Shown: positions 1-7,996 of the stretch, piece after piece
How positions within the stretch are numbered: position 1 is the stretch's first letter
How the letters are laid out: each line of letters starts with the position of its first letter
Origin: a virus
Lineage: Duplodnaviria; Heunggongvirae; Uroviricota; Caudoviricetes
DNA length: 25,534 nt
IMG/VR virus record: IMGVR_UViG_2778261167_000011
Location: 1 to 25,534 of that record
Direction: 5' to 3' (one strand)
The notes under the pieces: generated by a model
Databases searched by the model: none
What the model was told of the DNA's origin: nothing
Seen by the model: only the letters and a program-made list of their open reading frames with translations
Made by a program: the position numbers and the translations under genes

Positions 1-144
1 AAAGCGGCTATTGGTCGTCTGAAAGGTGAGGAACTGGCGCAATATAATTTGTGGCTGGATTATCTGGACGCACTGGAGCTGGTCGATACTTCCAGTGCGC
101 CAGATATTGAATGGCCTACGCCTCCGGCAGTTCAGGCCAGATGA
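1..144 (+). CDS. Tail fibre assembly protein, C-terminal fragment (5' end outside window), inverted relative to G
   Basis: Frame 1 reads ...RLKGEELAQYNLWLDYLDALELVDTSSAPDIEWPTPPAVQAR then TGA at 142-144. This closely parallels the C-terminus of the minus-strand Tfa (LDYIDAVTVTDTSTAPDIIWPELPEA). The two genes converge and overlap at 116-144. Confidence 0.6.
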   Translation, partial: KAAIGRLKGEELAQYNLWLDYLDALELVDTSSAPDIEWPTPPAVQAR

Positions 145-718
145 TATCCGGCGCGGTGCTGGTATCTGTTACCGTCACCGCGTCAATGTAATCCAGCACG
201 GCGTTAAGTCGGGTTGTTTCTGCCTGCGTCAACTTCCGTCCGGCCTGCAATTTCAGTTGAATCAGACTAATGGAAGCCATTGCAGTATCAATCAGTGACT
301 GACGTTGTGCTTCTGCCGCGTCTACTGCGGCGCTATGCTGTGCCTCGGTATCCGTCACCCATTTCTCACCATCCCATTTATCGTATGGCGTTAACGGGGC
401 GATAGTGGTTGTATTATCAGGGTAATCACCCGGAACTGTGATTTCTTTTGATTCTCCTGTTTCGGTGCTAAAGACGATTTCACCGCGATGGTCTGGCACA
501 TATTCCCATGAGTTAAAATCTGCAGATCGGCAGATTGCATAACCAGCTTTGTATGCGCCTGGGGCATCTAAACAGGAATATGCCGGAATGCCGACACCAA
601 TAGCAAGATATTCAGTTGAAGCTGAAATATATTCCCGACTCATGACATCAAAGTTATAAACAGTAATTTCTCCTGCCATAGTGGCAATTAATTCACTGTT
701 TAATTCTGCGTTATTCAT
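116..718 (-). CDS. G: Tail fibre assembly chaperone (P2 gpG-like)
   Basis: 200-aa ORF immediately downstream of the tail fibre gene; ATG at 718 overlaps the H stop; Tfa-type C-terminal DTSxAPDIxWP motif. Confidence 0.85.
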   Translation of the reverse strand: MNNAELNSELIATMAGEITVYNFDVMSREYISASTEYLAIGVGIPAYSCLDAPGAYKAGYAICRSADFNSWEYVPDHRGEIVFSTETGESKEITVPGDYPDNTTTIAPLTPYDKWDGEKWVTDTEAQHSAAVDAAEAQRQSLIDTAMASISLIQLKLQAGRKLTQAETTRLNAVLDYIDAVTVTDTSTAPDIIWPELPEA

Positions 719-2259
719 TATGCAGCCCTCACAATATAGTTAAAAGCGACATTTCGTGGGCGTGTTTCATTCGCACCAGCAGGTTTAGTCGTTGCCGCAA
801 CAACACCACCCTCTGTAATAGCCGGGTTGGGAATTGGGTAATTATCGAAGTCAATGGCCGGAGACAGGGGCGTGATTTGTTTTAAAATCGTGGTGCCTGT
901 AAAACTTTCCAGAGTCTGGTCGTTAGTTCGTGAAGTCCAGATTCCCCAATAGTGGTTATGACTGACAATCGCACCGTCCTGAAGCGTTAATAATCCCCTT
1001 CCGTTATCCACTCCACGTCCGTCATCCCAGCCACGAATAAACTCACCGCGTAAATCAGGCAATTTATTTGTCGGGTAAGCCTTTGCCAGTTCCGGGTATT
1101 CTTCAGCAGAAAAAGCCGCACCGTTGCATTTCAGCCAGCCTGTCGGCGGAGTGGCTGAAGGCCACGGAACAGGGACACCAACAGGTAATGCAGAGCCTTC
1201 TCCCAAACCAAGGTATGCGAGAAGACCAGCTACATCCTTTCCACTCAAATTGGTAAGCGTATTGTCCAGCGGTTGTTTACCTGCCAGCGCATTAAGCATT
1301 GTCGTGGCAAAGTTCGGATCATTCCCCAGTGCCGCCGCCAGTTCGTTCAGTGTATCCAGTACAGCAGGTGCAGAACCCACCATTCCTGCAATCGCCGATT
1401 TCACAAAAGCCGTAGTGGCAATCTGTGTATTGTTGACCGACTGCGCCGCCGTGGGGGCTGTTGGCGTTCCGGTGAGTGCCGGACTCGACAACGGTGCTTT
1501 TAGTGCCAGCGCATTGTTAATGGTGGTACTGAAATTCGGATCATTGTTAATGGCTGCGGCTATTTCTTTCAGCGTGTCCAGCGTGGCTGGCGCACCATTA
1601 ATAAGGGCCGTCAGTGCCGCCTGTACAAACGCAGTGGTCGCAACCTGCGTGGTATTATTCCCCGCCGCTGGCGTTGGCGCTTTGGGGGTTCCGGTAAATG
1701 TCGGGCTGGCTTTTGGCGCGTACTGTGAATGCGGGTCCGGTGCGGCAAGATGTTTTGCCATCTGATCATCCGCGTACACCTTCAGCTCCAGTGCCTTGTC
1801 ATCCACATACTTGCGGGTTGCCAGCACTACAGCAGGGTCGATTTTCAGGGTGATATTGTCCGTGCTGCTGGTAATCAGCACCATGCGCACGGTCTGAGTG
1901 CGCCCGCTACCTTCAGCCAGTTGCGGCTTATAGCTTTCCGGGCAGTTGCCCACGGCAATCAATGCCCCGGACTCATCAAACAAGCCCACTTCACGTATCC
2001 ACCAACCGCCCTCGTTTTCAGGGATCACCTGTTCGGCAATAATCTGGCTGCTGTTCTGCGGGTCGATATAAAGCATATTCAGCGCAGCCCGGCGTTTCTC
2101 ATTTACCAGTGCCGTCTGCTTTGCGTCCGGCGTTGGCAATACTCCACCGCCATCGCCGACCGCCATATGGGTAATTTTTAGCGGCACACCGAGCGCGGCG
2201 GCGCTGGCAAGTTTCGCCGCGCCAATATCCGTCAGCAGGGTATAAAATTTTGTGCTCAT
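718..2259 (-). CDS. H: Tail fibre protein (P2 gpH-like)
   Basis: 513-aa ORF with N-terminal P2 H-like region, internal Ala/Thr-rich repeats, and C-terminal WLKCNGAAFSAEEYPELAKAYP ... NVAFNYIVRAA typical of Mu S / P2 H-type fibres; start ATG overlaps the I stop (ATGA). Confidence 0.9.
   Translation of the reverse strand: MSTKFYTLLTDIGAAKLASAAALGVPLKITHMAVGDGGGVLPTPDAKQTALVNEKRRAALNMLYIDPQNSSQIIAEQVIPENEGGWWIREVGLFDESGALIAVGNCPESYKPQLAEGSGRTQTVRMVLITSSTDNITLKIDPAVVLATRKYVDDKALELKVYADDQMAKHLAAPDPHSQYAPKASPTFTGTPKAPTPAAGNNTTQVATTAFVQAALTALINGAPATLDTLKEIAAAINNDPNFSTTINNALALKAPLSSPALTGTPTAPTAAQSVNNTQIATTAFVKSAIAGMVGSAPAVLDTLNELAAALGNDPNFATTMLNALAGKQPLDNTLTNLSGKDVAGLLAYLGLGEGSALPVGVPVPWPSATPPTGWLKCNGAAFSAEEYPELAKAYPTNKLPDLRGEFIRGWDDGRGVDNGRGLLTLQDGAIVSHNHYWGIWTSRTNDQTLESFTGTTILKQITPLSPAIDFDNYPIPNPAITEGGVVAATTKPAGANETRPRNVAFNYIVRAA
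1272..1707 (-). repeat. Tandem duplicated ~72-aa module inside the tail fibre gene
   Basis: Two consecutive protein segments align: ...TGTPKAPTPAAGNNTTQVATTAFVQAALTALINGAPATLDTLKEIAAAINNDPNFSTTINNALALKAPL and ...TGTPTAPTAAQSVNNTQIATTAFVKSAIAGMVGSAPAVLDTLNELAAALGNDPNFATTMLNALAGKQPL. The DNA is visibly repeated but diverged. Confidence 0.6.
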
Positions 2260-2861
2260 GGATTCACTCTCATTGTGTCAATAACATGGACCGCCCCGCC
2301 TTCATGCGCGGTGCCACCGGAAATAATCGTTTCGTTGATATACGGATAGATCGTGATTTCTTCGCCAAGATAGCTGGCGGCTCCCACCCAATGCGGGCCG
2401 CTGGTCTGCAGATTGATGGACATGCCGATCATGTGGCGGCTACATGGTTTGGCATCGCTTATCAGTCGCTCAAGTTCCAGATAGGTATCTTCAGTGATGC
2501 CCTGGTCCTGCACGCCGATATCCAGGCGAAACGTGCCCGGTGTTTCTCCGGTCTGCCACCACTCAATAATGCGGATCAGGAATCCGAACGGTTCCACCAC
2601 CCGCCGCACGGCACTGGTGGTTCCTTTATGCTGATGAATATAAAAAGCATCCTTCACTACCTGGCGTTTGACGCTTTCTGTCCAGCCCTCGTCCCAGCGA
2701 TCCACAGAGAACGCCCAGGCGAGATAAGGCAGGAAGCTGACCGGACAGGTAGCCGGATTCCACAAGTCACGCAGCGGCACCTGCAAATCAGAAATCCCGC
2801 TACAGGTTTGCGCCAGTCGGCGCTCCAGTGAAGTTGAACCCGGTGGCAGCAGACTATTCAT
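2256..2861 (-). CDS. I: Baseplate assembly protein (P2 gpI-like)
   Basis: 201-aa ORF between J and H with ATG at 2861 and stop overlapping the H start; position and size match P2 gpI. Confidence 0.85.
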   Translation of the reverse strand: MNSLLPPGSTSLERRLAQTCSGISDLQVPLRDLWNPATCPVSFLPYLAWAFSVDRWDEGWTESVKRQVVKDAFYIHQHKGTTSAVRRVVEPFGFLIRIIEWWQTGETPGTFRLDIGVQDQGITEDTYLELERLISDAKPCSRHMIGMSINLQTSGPHWVGAASYLGEEITIYPYINETIISGGTAHEGGAVHVIDTMRVNP

Positions 2862-3762
2862 CCGTTCCTCCGTTGGTTACGCTCCACTGCGTACATGATG
2901 CCGCCTGTGTTTTGTTCAGGACCACATCCGCCAGCGGAGAAGCCAGTTCCACACGTTGAACACCCTCAACATGCAGAGCAGCAAAGATGGCGCTACGGCG
3001 AATATCCCGACCAAGCCTCGTCTGGCTGGCAATGTACTTCTGCAGACTGGCTTTTGCCGCTGCCATTACCGGCTCTGCTTCCGGTCCCGGATAGAGAAAA
3101 ATGGTGGCTTCCACGCGATACGGGATGATTTCTGCGCTGCGAACCGTAAGACGGTCAGCCACCGGGCGGACGTTCTCACTGTTCAGAGCTTTTTCCACCA
3201 CGTCCAGCAGGTCTTTTTCTGCAGTTCCATCGCCTTCGCGGCTAAGGACAGTCAGCACCACCTCTGCAGGTGCCGGGCTGGTTGCACTGGCATCCGCCAC
3301 CCGACCGTCGGCGCTTCGGGCATGAAATTCATAAGCTGCAGTTGGCCCCGCAACAGAAAGCCCTTCAAAGGCTGCAGGCACACGCAGGCGCAACGCTTCA
3401 TCGCTTTCCATCACAGCTGCAACGGGCGGCACAGCATCATTATCAGCAGGCGTCACCGTCAGGCGTGTCACGTTGTAGTTGGCAGCGAGCTGGTCAAGAT
3501 CGCCGCCCATCGCGTAAGCCACCATCACCGCCTGCGCGGCTTCGTTAATACGCTGGCGCAGAAGCAACTCACGGTAAGCGTTCTCCTGCAACAATTTAGT
3601 GGCGGGTTCAGATTCCAGTTCCAGCGTGCGGATCACTGCTTCCTGCTCATCTTTCGGATGAAGCGCCACAAATTCTGCCTTGCGTTCGGCAAGCAGCGTC
3701 TCAAAGTCCGGCACATCCACAATCTGCGGTGCAGGCAACTGCGAAAGGTCAATCACTGCCAT
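2854..3762 (-). CDS. J: Baseplate assembly protein J (gp6-like wedge)
   Basis: Start placed at ATG 3762 (MAVIDLSQLPAP...) preceded by AGGAG at 7-nt spacing; overlaps the W stop by 14 bp. The track ORF extends to 3801 with a non-ATG start. Confidence 0.9.
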   Translation of the reverse strand: MAVIDLSQLPAPQIVDVPDFETLLAERKAEFVALHPKDEQEAVIRTLELESEPATKLLQENAYRELLLRQRINEAAQAVMVAYAMGGDLDQLAANYNVTRLTVTPADNDAVPPVAAVMESDEALRLRVPAAFEGLSVAGPTAAYEFHARSADGRVADASATSPAPAEVVLTVLSREGDGTAEKDLLDVVEKALNSENVRPVADRLTVRSAEIIPYRVEATIFLYPGPEAEPVMAAAKASLQKYIASQTRLGRDIRRSAIFAALHVEGVQRVELASPLADVVLNKTQAASCTQWSVTNGGTDE

Positions 3763-4108
3763 TCTCTGCTCCTGTTGATACGGAAAGGGACACAGGCACA
3801 CCGTTATTCCGCCGCCCGGTCAGCTCCACCACCATTGAACCGTCAAAATTGCTGTTGATGGTGATGGAATCCAGCGTCAACCGTGGCTCCCAGCGACTCA
3901 GCGCCACATACACTGCCGACATGACCTGCAGGCGTAATGCCGGATTTTGTGGCTGATCTATCAGTGCCGACAGCAGGGAACCATATTCCCGGCGGGCAAT
4001 ACGGCTACCCTGTGGTGTCAGCAGAATGTCCCGCACCGACTGGCGCAGATGATCAATATCAGTAATGACTTTGCCGCTGGTATTGTTCATCCCGCTATAA
4101 AGCGTCAT
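3749..4108 (-). CDS. W: Baseplate wedge protein (P2 gpW / T4 gp25-like)
   Basis: 119-aa ORF; ATG at 4108 overlaps the V stop (ATGA); size and position match GPW/gp25 family. Confidence 0.9.
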   Translation of the reverse strand: MTLYSGMNNTSGKVITDIDHLRQSVRDILLTPQGSRIARREYGSLLSALIDQPQNPALRLQVMSAVYVALSRWEPRLTLDSITINSNFDGSMVVELTGRRNNGVPVSLSVSTGAENGSD

Positions 4109-4683
4109 ACCGGGCCTCCGGTTGTATCGCCGCCTTTCAGGACGCCAGTATGCTGATGCGCATCAACCACGATCCCGTTAGAACTCATCGCTCCGCCGCC
4201 CTGGGTAACGCCACCATTGATCACCACTTCGCTGTTAATGCGCGTGCGGTCAGCCTCCAGTACAAACTCACTGGTTTTCATGGTGATGTTGTCAGCAGCC
4301 TCAATGACCATTGATTTGATGCCCCTGACATACCAGCGCCCGGTGGCGGGTTCGTATTCAAACCAGCCACCGTCAGGATGTTCTGTCACGCAGGCGTCCG
4401 CCGACGTCGACGGTGGTGCGAACTGATTCGAATAGACAGCGGGCAGCGCAAAGGCGGTTTCCAGATTGCCGCCCAGACTCAGCAGCACCACCTGCTCACC
4501 TTCCGATGGTCGCCACCATGTACGGGCATTCCCGGCACGCAGCGTCAGCCAGCTGATCCAGTTGGTTTCAAGCTCGCCCGTTTTCACCCGGCAAAGCCAG
4601 TTTTCCCTGTCCACTTCGGTGACTACCCCTGTGCGGATCAGGTTGGTGATAAGGCGCATGATTTCGGTTAATTGTGCGTTCAT
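4105..4683 (-). CDS. V: Baseplate hub/spike protein (P2 gpV-like)
   Basis: 192-aa ORF that is first gene after a 68-bp intergenic gap containing a dyad; synteny with P2 V. An alternative start at Met9 (4659) is possible. Confidence 0.85.
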   Translation of the reverse strand: MNAQLTEIMRLITNLIRTGVVTEVDRENWLCRVKTGELETNWISWLTLRAGNARTWWRPSEGEQVVLLSLGGNLETAFALPAVYSNQFAPPSTSADACVTEHPDGGWFEYEPATGRWYVRGIKSMVIEAADNITMKTSEFVLEADRTRINSEVVINGGVTQGGGAMSSNGIVVDAHQHTGVLKGGDTTGGPV

Positions 4684-4728
4684 AGGGAAAGGTTGCCATC
4701 AGGGGAAGAAAGGCGGCAGTGCTGCAAC

Positions 4729-4748
4729 TTGTATCAGTGCTGATACAA
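4729..4748. promoter_or_regulatory. Perfect dyad TTGTATCAG-TG-CTGATACAA (TGT-N12-ACA) upstream of the V operon; candidate late-activator (Ogr/B-type) site
   Basis: 9-bp perfect inverted arms in the only sizeable gap of the tail operon. P2/186 late promoters carry a TGT-N12-ACA activator site. Confidence 0.45.
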
Positions 4749-4751
4749 AGA

Positions 4752-5198
4752 TCACCCCGCCAGCCATTGCAGAATCATGTCGCGGGTCATTGCCTCAACA
4801 TCATCATTTACACCCAGCAGGCGGCGCTCTGCGTAACGGACCTCCGGTCCTTTGCGACTGACGCGATCACGCAGGCCGTAATGGTGAACACGGGCAATAC
4901 GCTGCACCTTGCCTTCAAACTGTACGCTGGCAGAGTCGGCGCTGGCGGCAGTTTTCAGGTATTTTGTGGTGCGCAACTTTGCAAACATCTGACGTTTGAT
5001 GCGGCCTTTTTTGCTGCGTGCTGTTACCCTGCGCGGCTCATAGCTGCTGCCATCTGGATTGCGCTGCATCCTGATATTCTGCTGCTGTGTCCGGCGCAGT
5101 TCCTGCGCCAGCTGGCGCATCATGCGGCTTCTCGTGGCTGGTTCCAGATTCGCCAGCAAGGCACTCAGCCAGTCGTCCACCTTCTGCAGTTCAGCCAC
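4752..5198 (-). CDS. S: Tail completion / virion morphogenesis protein (P2 gpS-like)
   Basis: 148-aa ORF between R and V; GTG start at 5198 overlapping the R stop; synteny. Confidence 0.85.
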   Translation of the reverse strand: MAELQKVDDWLSALLANLEPATRSRMMRQLAQELRRTQQQNIRMQRNPDGSSYEPRRVTARSKKGRIKRQMFAKLRTTKYLKTAASADSASVQFEGKVQRIARVHHYGLRDRVSRKGPEVRYAERRLLGVNDDVEAMTRDMILQWLAG

Positions 5199-5625
5199 GT
5201 TTCACCGTCCACATTTCTTCAGGTTCATCGGGTTCTGCTACAGCTTCAACGCTCGACACACTGCCGTCAGTACTGACCAGCACACGTTCCGTCAATTGCA
5301 GGTTAAGGCTGATATCACAGACATCGTTGCGCAAAATATCCACCTCAAAGGTGAATAGCTTTTCCCGTAACGCCGGGTTATTGATGGCATCGGGCTGGTT
5401 ATCCCGAAGCCACAGTAAAACCGGGGCCATCAGCAGATTCTGGTCGCCGCTGAAATCCTCTATCACCACGTTCAGGGTATAGCGGTACTCCCATGACATG
5501 GAGCTGGCCCCCGTGGCAACCAGCGAACCGTTATCCACAAACAGATGCAGTTTGTCCGGGTTATTGCGGACATAAGGCACCGCTTTATTGAGGGCGTGGC
5601 GCAGGGATTGTGGTTTGTTCACTGT
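5191..5625 (-). CDS. R: Tail completion protein (P2 gpR-like)
   Basis: Start placed at GTG 5625 (MNKPQSLRHAL...) preceded by AGGAG at 7-nt spacing. The track ORF starts at a TTG at 5643 with an in-frame stop just upstream. Confidence 0.8.
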   Translation of the reverse strand, partial: TVNKPQSLRHALNKAVPYVRNNPDKLHLFVDNGSLVATGASSMSWEYRYTLNVVIEDFSGDQNLLMAPVLLWLRDNQPDAINNPALREKLFTFEVDILRNDVCDISLNLQLTERVLVSTDGSVSSVEAVAEPDEPEEMWTVKRG

Positions 5626-5875
5626 TTCGCTCCTGACACGCAATAATCATGTCCACTTTGTCTGCACAGACCGCCCAGGCGGCCTCCGTTTCATCCAGCA
5701 ACGCGTTCAGGCCACCGTTAGTGCGCGGCGCTGCCTGTCCCAGCCGACACGGCGTCACTCGCGGACAACCACTGACGGTAAGCTGCACCTCCGGTGAGTG
5801 TGGGGCGTTCCCGCAGCCGGATAATGTCAGCAGGCAAAGGAGTATCAGCCCAGCGGCGTAAATCCTCGTTCTCAC
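5585..5875 (-). CDS. lysC: o-spanin (Rz1-like lipoprotein, P2 LysC-like), overlapping lysB in another frame
   Basis: GTG start at 5875 with GAGGA 8 nt upstream; N-terminus MRTRIYAAGLILLCLLTLSGCG has a signal peptide plus lipobox (LSGC); Pro-rich mature part; starts inside lysB and runs past its stop. Confidence 0.75.
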   Translation of the reverse strand: MRTRIYAAGLILLCLLTLSGCGNAPHSPEVQLTVSGCPRVTPCRLGQAAPRTNGGLNALLDETEAAWAVCADKVDMIIACQERNSEQTTIPAPRPQ

Positions 5876-6146
5876 GTTTCAGTTCCTCAATCCGGTGTTG
5901 TCGTTGTCTCAGCAGTACACTGGTCTGTTCTGCTTCGGCATAGAGCCGCGCCTGCTCCCGGTTATTGGTTTCAGTCAGAATGGACAGGCTGATAAGCTGG
6001 CTGTTGCTCTTTGCCAGTGCCTGGCTTTTGCTCCGAAGCTCGTCTGCCTGCGTGCTGATGGTCTGGCTGGCATCAGCCAGCCGCCACGTCTGCCAGCCCA
6101 GCGCCGCCAGTAATAACGCCAGCACAACCAGCAGCAACCGGTTCAT
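5718..6146 (-). CDS. lysB: i-spanin (Rz-like, P2 LysB-like)
   Basis: 142 aa; N-terminal TM segment (LLLVVLALLLAALGW) followed by coiled-coil-like sequence; ATG overlaps the lysA stop. Confidence 0.8.
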   Translation of the reverse strand: MNRLLLVVLALLLAALGWQTWRLADASQTISTQADELRSKSQALAKSNSQLISLSILTETNNREQARLYAEAEQTSVLLRQRQHRIEELKRENEDLRRWADTPLPADIIRLRERPTLTGGAAYRQWLSASDAVSAGTGSAAH

Positions 6147-6520
6147 GCTGCTACCTGTTGCGCAATCTGATTACGGATCATCCAGAAGGCAATAACGGTC
6201 AGCAGATAAAAGACCAGGGTAATAGCCCACCCCGTCCAGGCGAAACTTACGACAATCAGCAATCGCATCACCCAGCTGATAAATACGTTTTCTTTTCGGG
6301 TAATGGTCTTTAGCAAAGATGCCCTCAACTCCTGCCAGAGCGGGCCGTTCTTAATTAACGCAGCCAGTGCTACCGGAATTACCGCCCATGTCAGCAGACA
6401 GGCTACCCAGACACCGGACGCTGCCAGTACCGGAAAAATCCCCTGCGGATACACCATTGCTGCGATCAACAGCGCCATCCATAACATCAGAAACAGCCCG
6501 CTGATTACTTTCTTTTTCAT
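6143..6520 (-). CDS. lysA: Lysis-timing membrane protein (P2 LysA-like)
   Basis: Start placed at ATG 6520 (MKKKVISGLFLMLWMALLIAAMV...) with GGGAG 9 nt upstream; several TM segments. The track ORF extends to 6592 with a GTG start. Confidence 0.7.
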   Translation of the reverse strand: MKKKVISGLFLMLWMALLIAAMVYPQGIFPVLAASGVWVACLLTWAVIPVALAALIKNGPLWQELRASLLKTITRKENVFISWVMRLLIVVSFAWTGWAITLVFYLLTVIAFWMIRNQIAQQVAA

Positions 6521-6521
6521 T

Positions 6522-7034
6522 TCAGTTTGCTCCCTGTAAGCACCAGGCCATCTCCCGCGCACGGCGGTTATCCAGCCCCTGATTAAAAACACCTTTCACA
6601 TAAACCCAGCGCGGCAACTGTCGGCACGCATCCGCCCAGCGCCGCTGATTGAGCAATTTCACCAGTGTGGAACTGCAGGCATTGCCCGTTCCCACGTTGA
6701 AGGCAAACGACACCGCAGCGTCATACACCTTCTGCGGCGGCTGTTGCTTCACACACCTTTCCAGCGCCCGCTCCACACGCAGCACGTTGGAGATCAGCCC
6801 TTCTGCTGCCTGTCGCTCCGTAATGGTTTTGCCGGGAATGACGCCCGACGTATTACCAATGCCGTCGGTCCAGACACCCGCGCTGCACTGATACGGCTGC
6901 AGACGACAACCTTCATAATCGGCAATCAGTTTCAGCCCTTCCACGGAGGTGTGAAGCTGCTGAAAACCCGGCAGCGTGGCAGCAATAGCCAGCACGGTCC
7001 CGACAAGGCAGCGTTTAACGATTGATGGATTCAT
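6522..7034 (-). CDS. K: Endolysin, GH24 T4-lysozyme-like (P2 gpK-like), possibly SAR-type
   Basis: EGLKLIADYEG...GVWTDGIGNT lysozyme catalytic region; N-terminal weakly hydrophobic Gly/Ala-rich stretch CLVGTVLAIAATLPGF. Confidence 0.9.
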   Translation of the reverse strand: MNPSIVKRCLVGTVLAIAATLPGFQQLHTSVEGLKLIADYEGCRLQPYQCSAGVWTDGIGNTSGVIPGKTITERQAAEGLISNVLRVERALERCVKQQPPQKVYDAAVSFAFNVGTGNACSSTLVKLLNQRRWADACRQLPRWVYVKGVFNQGLDNRRAREMAWCLQGAN

Positions 7035-7230
7035 AGTCCTCCCGCGAGATCTGCCCGTCGCGCAGAAGCTGGTAGGCTTTGTGTTTGTAGTACCAGTTGA
7101 TAGCCAGCATCAGCACACCAATCATCAGGCCGCCCAGCGTTGAGGCATCCTTGATGGACAAATCGCCCAGCCAGGCCAGCACGACGGCGATGCAATACGT
7201 GATAAAGGCGCTGATTCGCTCAAGCGTCAT
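7015..7230 (-). CDS. Y: Holin (P2 gpY-like)
   Basis: 71 aa with two hydrophobic TM segments and a charged C-terminus; directly upstream of the endolysin. Confidence 0.8.
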   Translation of the reverse strand: MTLERISAFITYCIAVVLAWLGDLSIKDASTLGGLMIGVLMLAINWYYKHKAYQLLRDGQISREDYESINR

Positions 7231-7233
7231 AAT

Positions 7234-7437
7234 TCAGTCCCATAGCTGGACAGTCTGCACGGTGGTGGTTGTCGGTATGTCCGGCAGCTCCACCTGCAGC
7301 CCGTGAGGTAAAAAGGGGCCGTATTCGGCAAGCCCCGGATTTGCCTTCAGTACCTGCTCCGTGACACCCTGCGTGCGCCCGTAATGACGCCAGCAAAGCG
7401 CGTCCACCGTGTCATACTGATACGCACGCACTTTCAT
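7234..7437 (-). CDS. X: Tail protein X (P2 gpX-like)
   Basis: 67-aa ORF at the P2 X position; ATG overlaps the L stop. Confidence 0.85.
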   Translation of the reverse strand: MKVRAYQYDTVDALCWRHYGRTQGVTEQVLKANPGLAEYGPFLPHGLQVELPDIPTTTTVQTVQLWD

Positions 7438-7901
7438 CAGATAAGCTCCACTGTGCAGTGCGGCGCATCCTGCACCCGGCTGATGGCCCAGCGGGCGTCA
7501 CGCCACAAATCACCGCTTGCTTCCGCCAGTTCCTCGCCCCGCTTCACACCGGATGCCGTGGCGTCATAGTCCTGATAACGCTCGTTGAGCATGGCGCGTG
7601 CCCAGCAGTAAACCGCGTTGAAATAATGCTGAATGCGCTCACTTTTGCCGTCCAGCTGTTCCGCCGGAACCTCAGCCAGCGACGCATACCCCAGCATCTG
7701 CTGACGTCTGCGAAACTCATACAGCTCTGCGTTGACCTCCGAAATTGCCGACAGCGCAACCTGCTTTAAACGCGGCTGCGTCACCGTGCCGTCAGTGCGC
7801 ATGACACTGCGAAACTCCGACAGGTCCACATCAGGCCAGAACGGCGTATTCCTGATGATTTCCGCCTGTTCCGGTGCCTGTTCTGGCGCAACAAACTTCA
7901 T
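7437..7901 (-). CDS. L: Head completion/stabilisation protein (P2 gpL-like)
   Basis: Start placed at ATG 7901 (MKFVAPEQ...) with AGGAG RBS. The track ORF extends to 7964. Confidence 0.85.
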   Translation of the reverse strand: MKFVAPEQAPEQAEIIRNTPFWPDVDLSEFRSVMRTDGTVTQPRLKQVALSAISEVNAELYEFRRRQQMLGYASLAEVPAEQLDGKSERIQHYFNAVYCWARAMLNERYQDYDATASGVKRGEELAEASGDLWRDARWAISRVQDAPHCTVELI

Positions 7902-7996
7902 GCTGCTTTCTCCTGAAATAGAGGGCGGTGGACGGGATTTTGATGTGGCTATGCCTTTCGCCACCCCGTGCCGCCCGTGCGCGGGGGCACGTTCTG

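Noticed and set aside
26-298. 90-aa plus-strand ORF overlapping the G gene
   Set aside because: Lies antisense to a well-supported Tfa gene, has Trp/Arg/Cys-rich composition and is out of frame with the real plus-strand Tfa fragment at 1-144.
1124-1765. 213-aa plus-strand ORF inside H
   Set aside because: Antisense shadow ORF of the GC- and repeat-rich tail fibre gene; low-complexity Ala/Ser/Val translation.
2956-3858. 300-aa plus-strand ORF across J
   Set aside because: Arg/Cys/His-rich shadow frame of baseplate gene J; no RBS or context.
7902-7996. GC-rich hairpin-like sequence in the M-L intergenic gap
   Set aside because: Imperfect stem and no flanking U-tract on the transcribed strand; cannot support a terminator or regulatory call.
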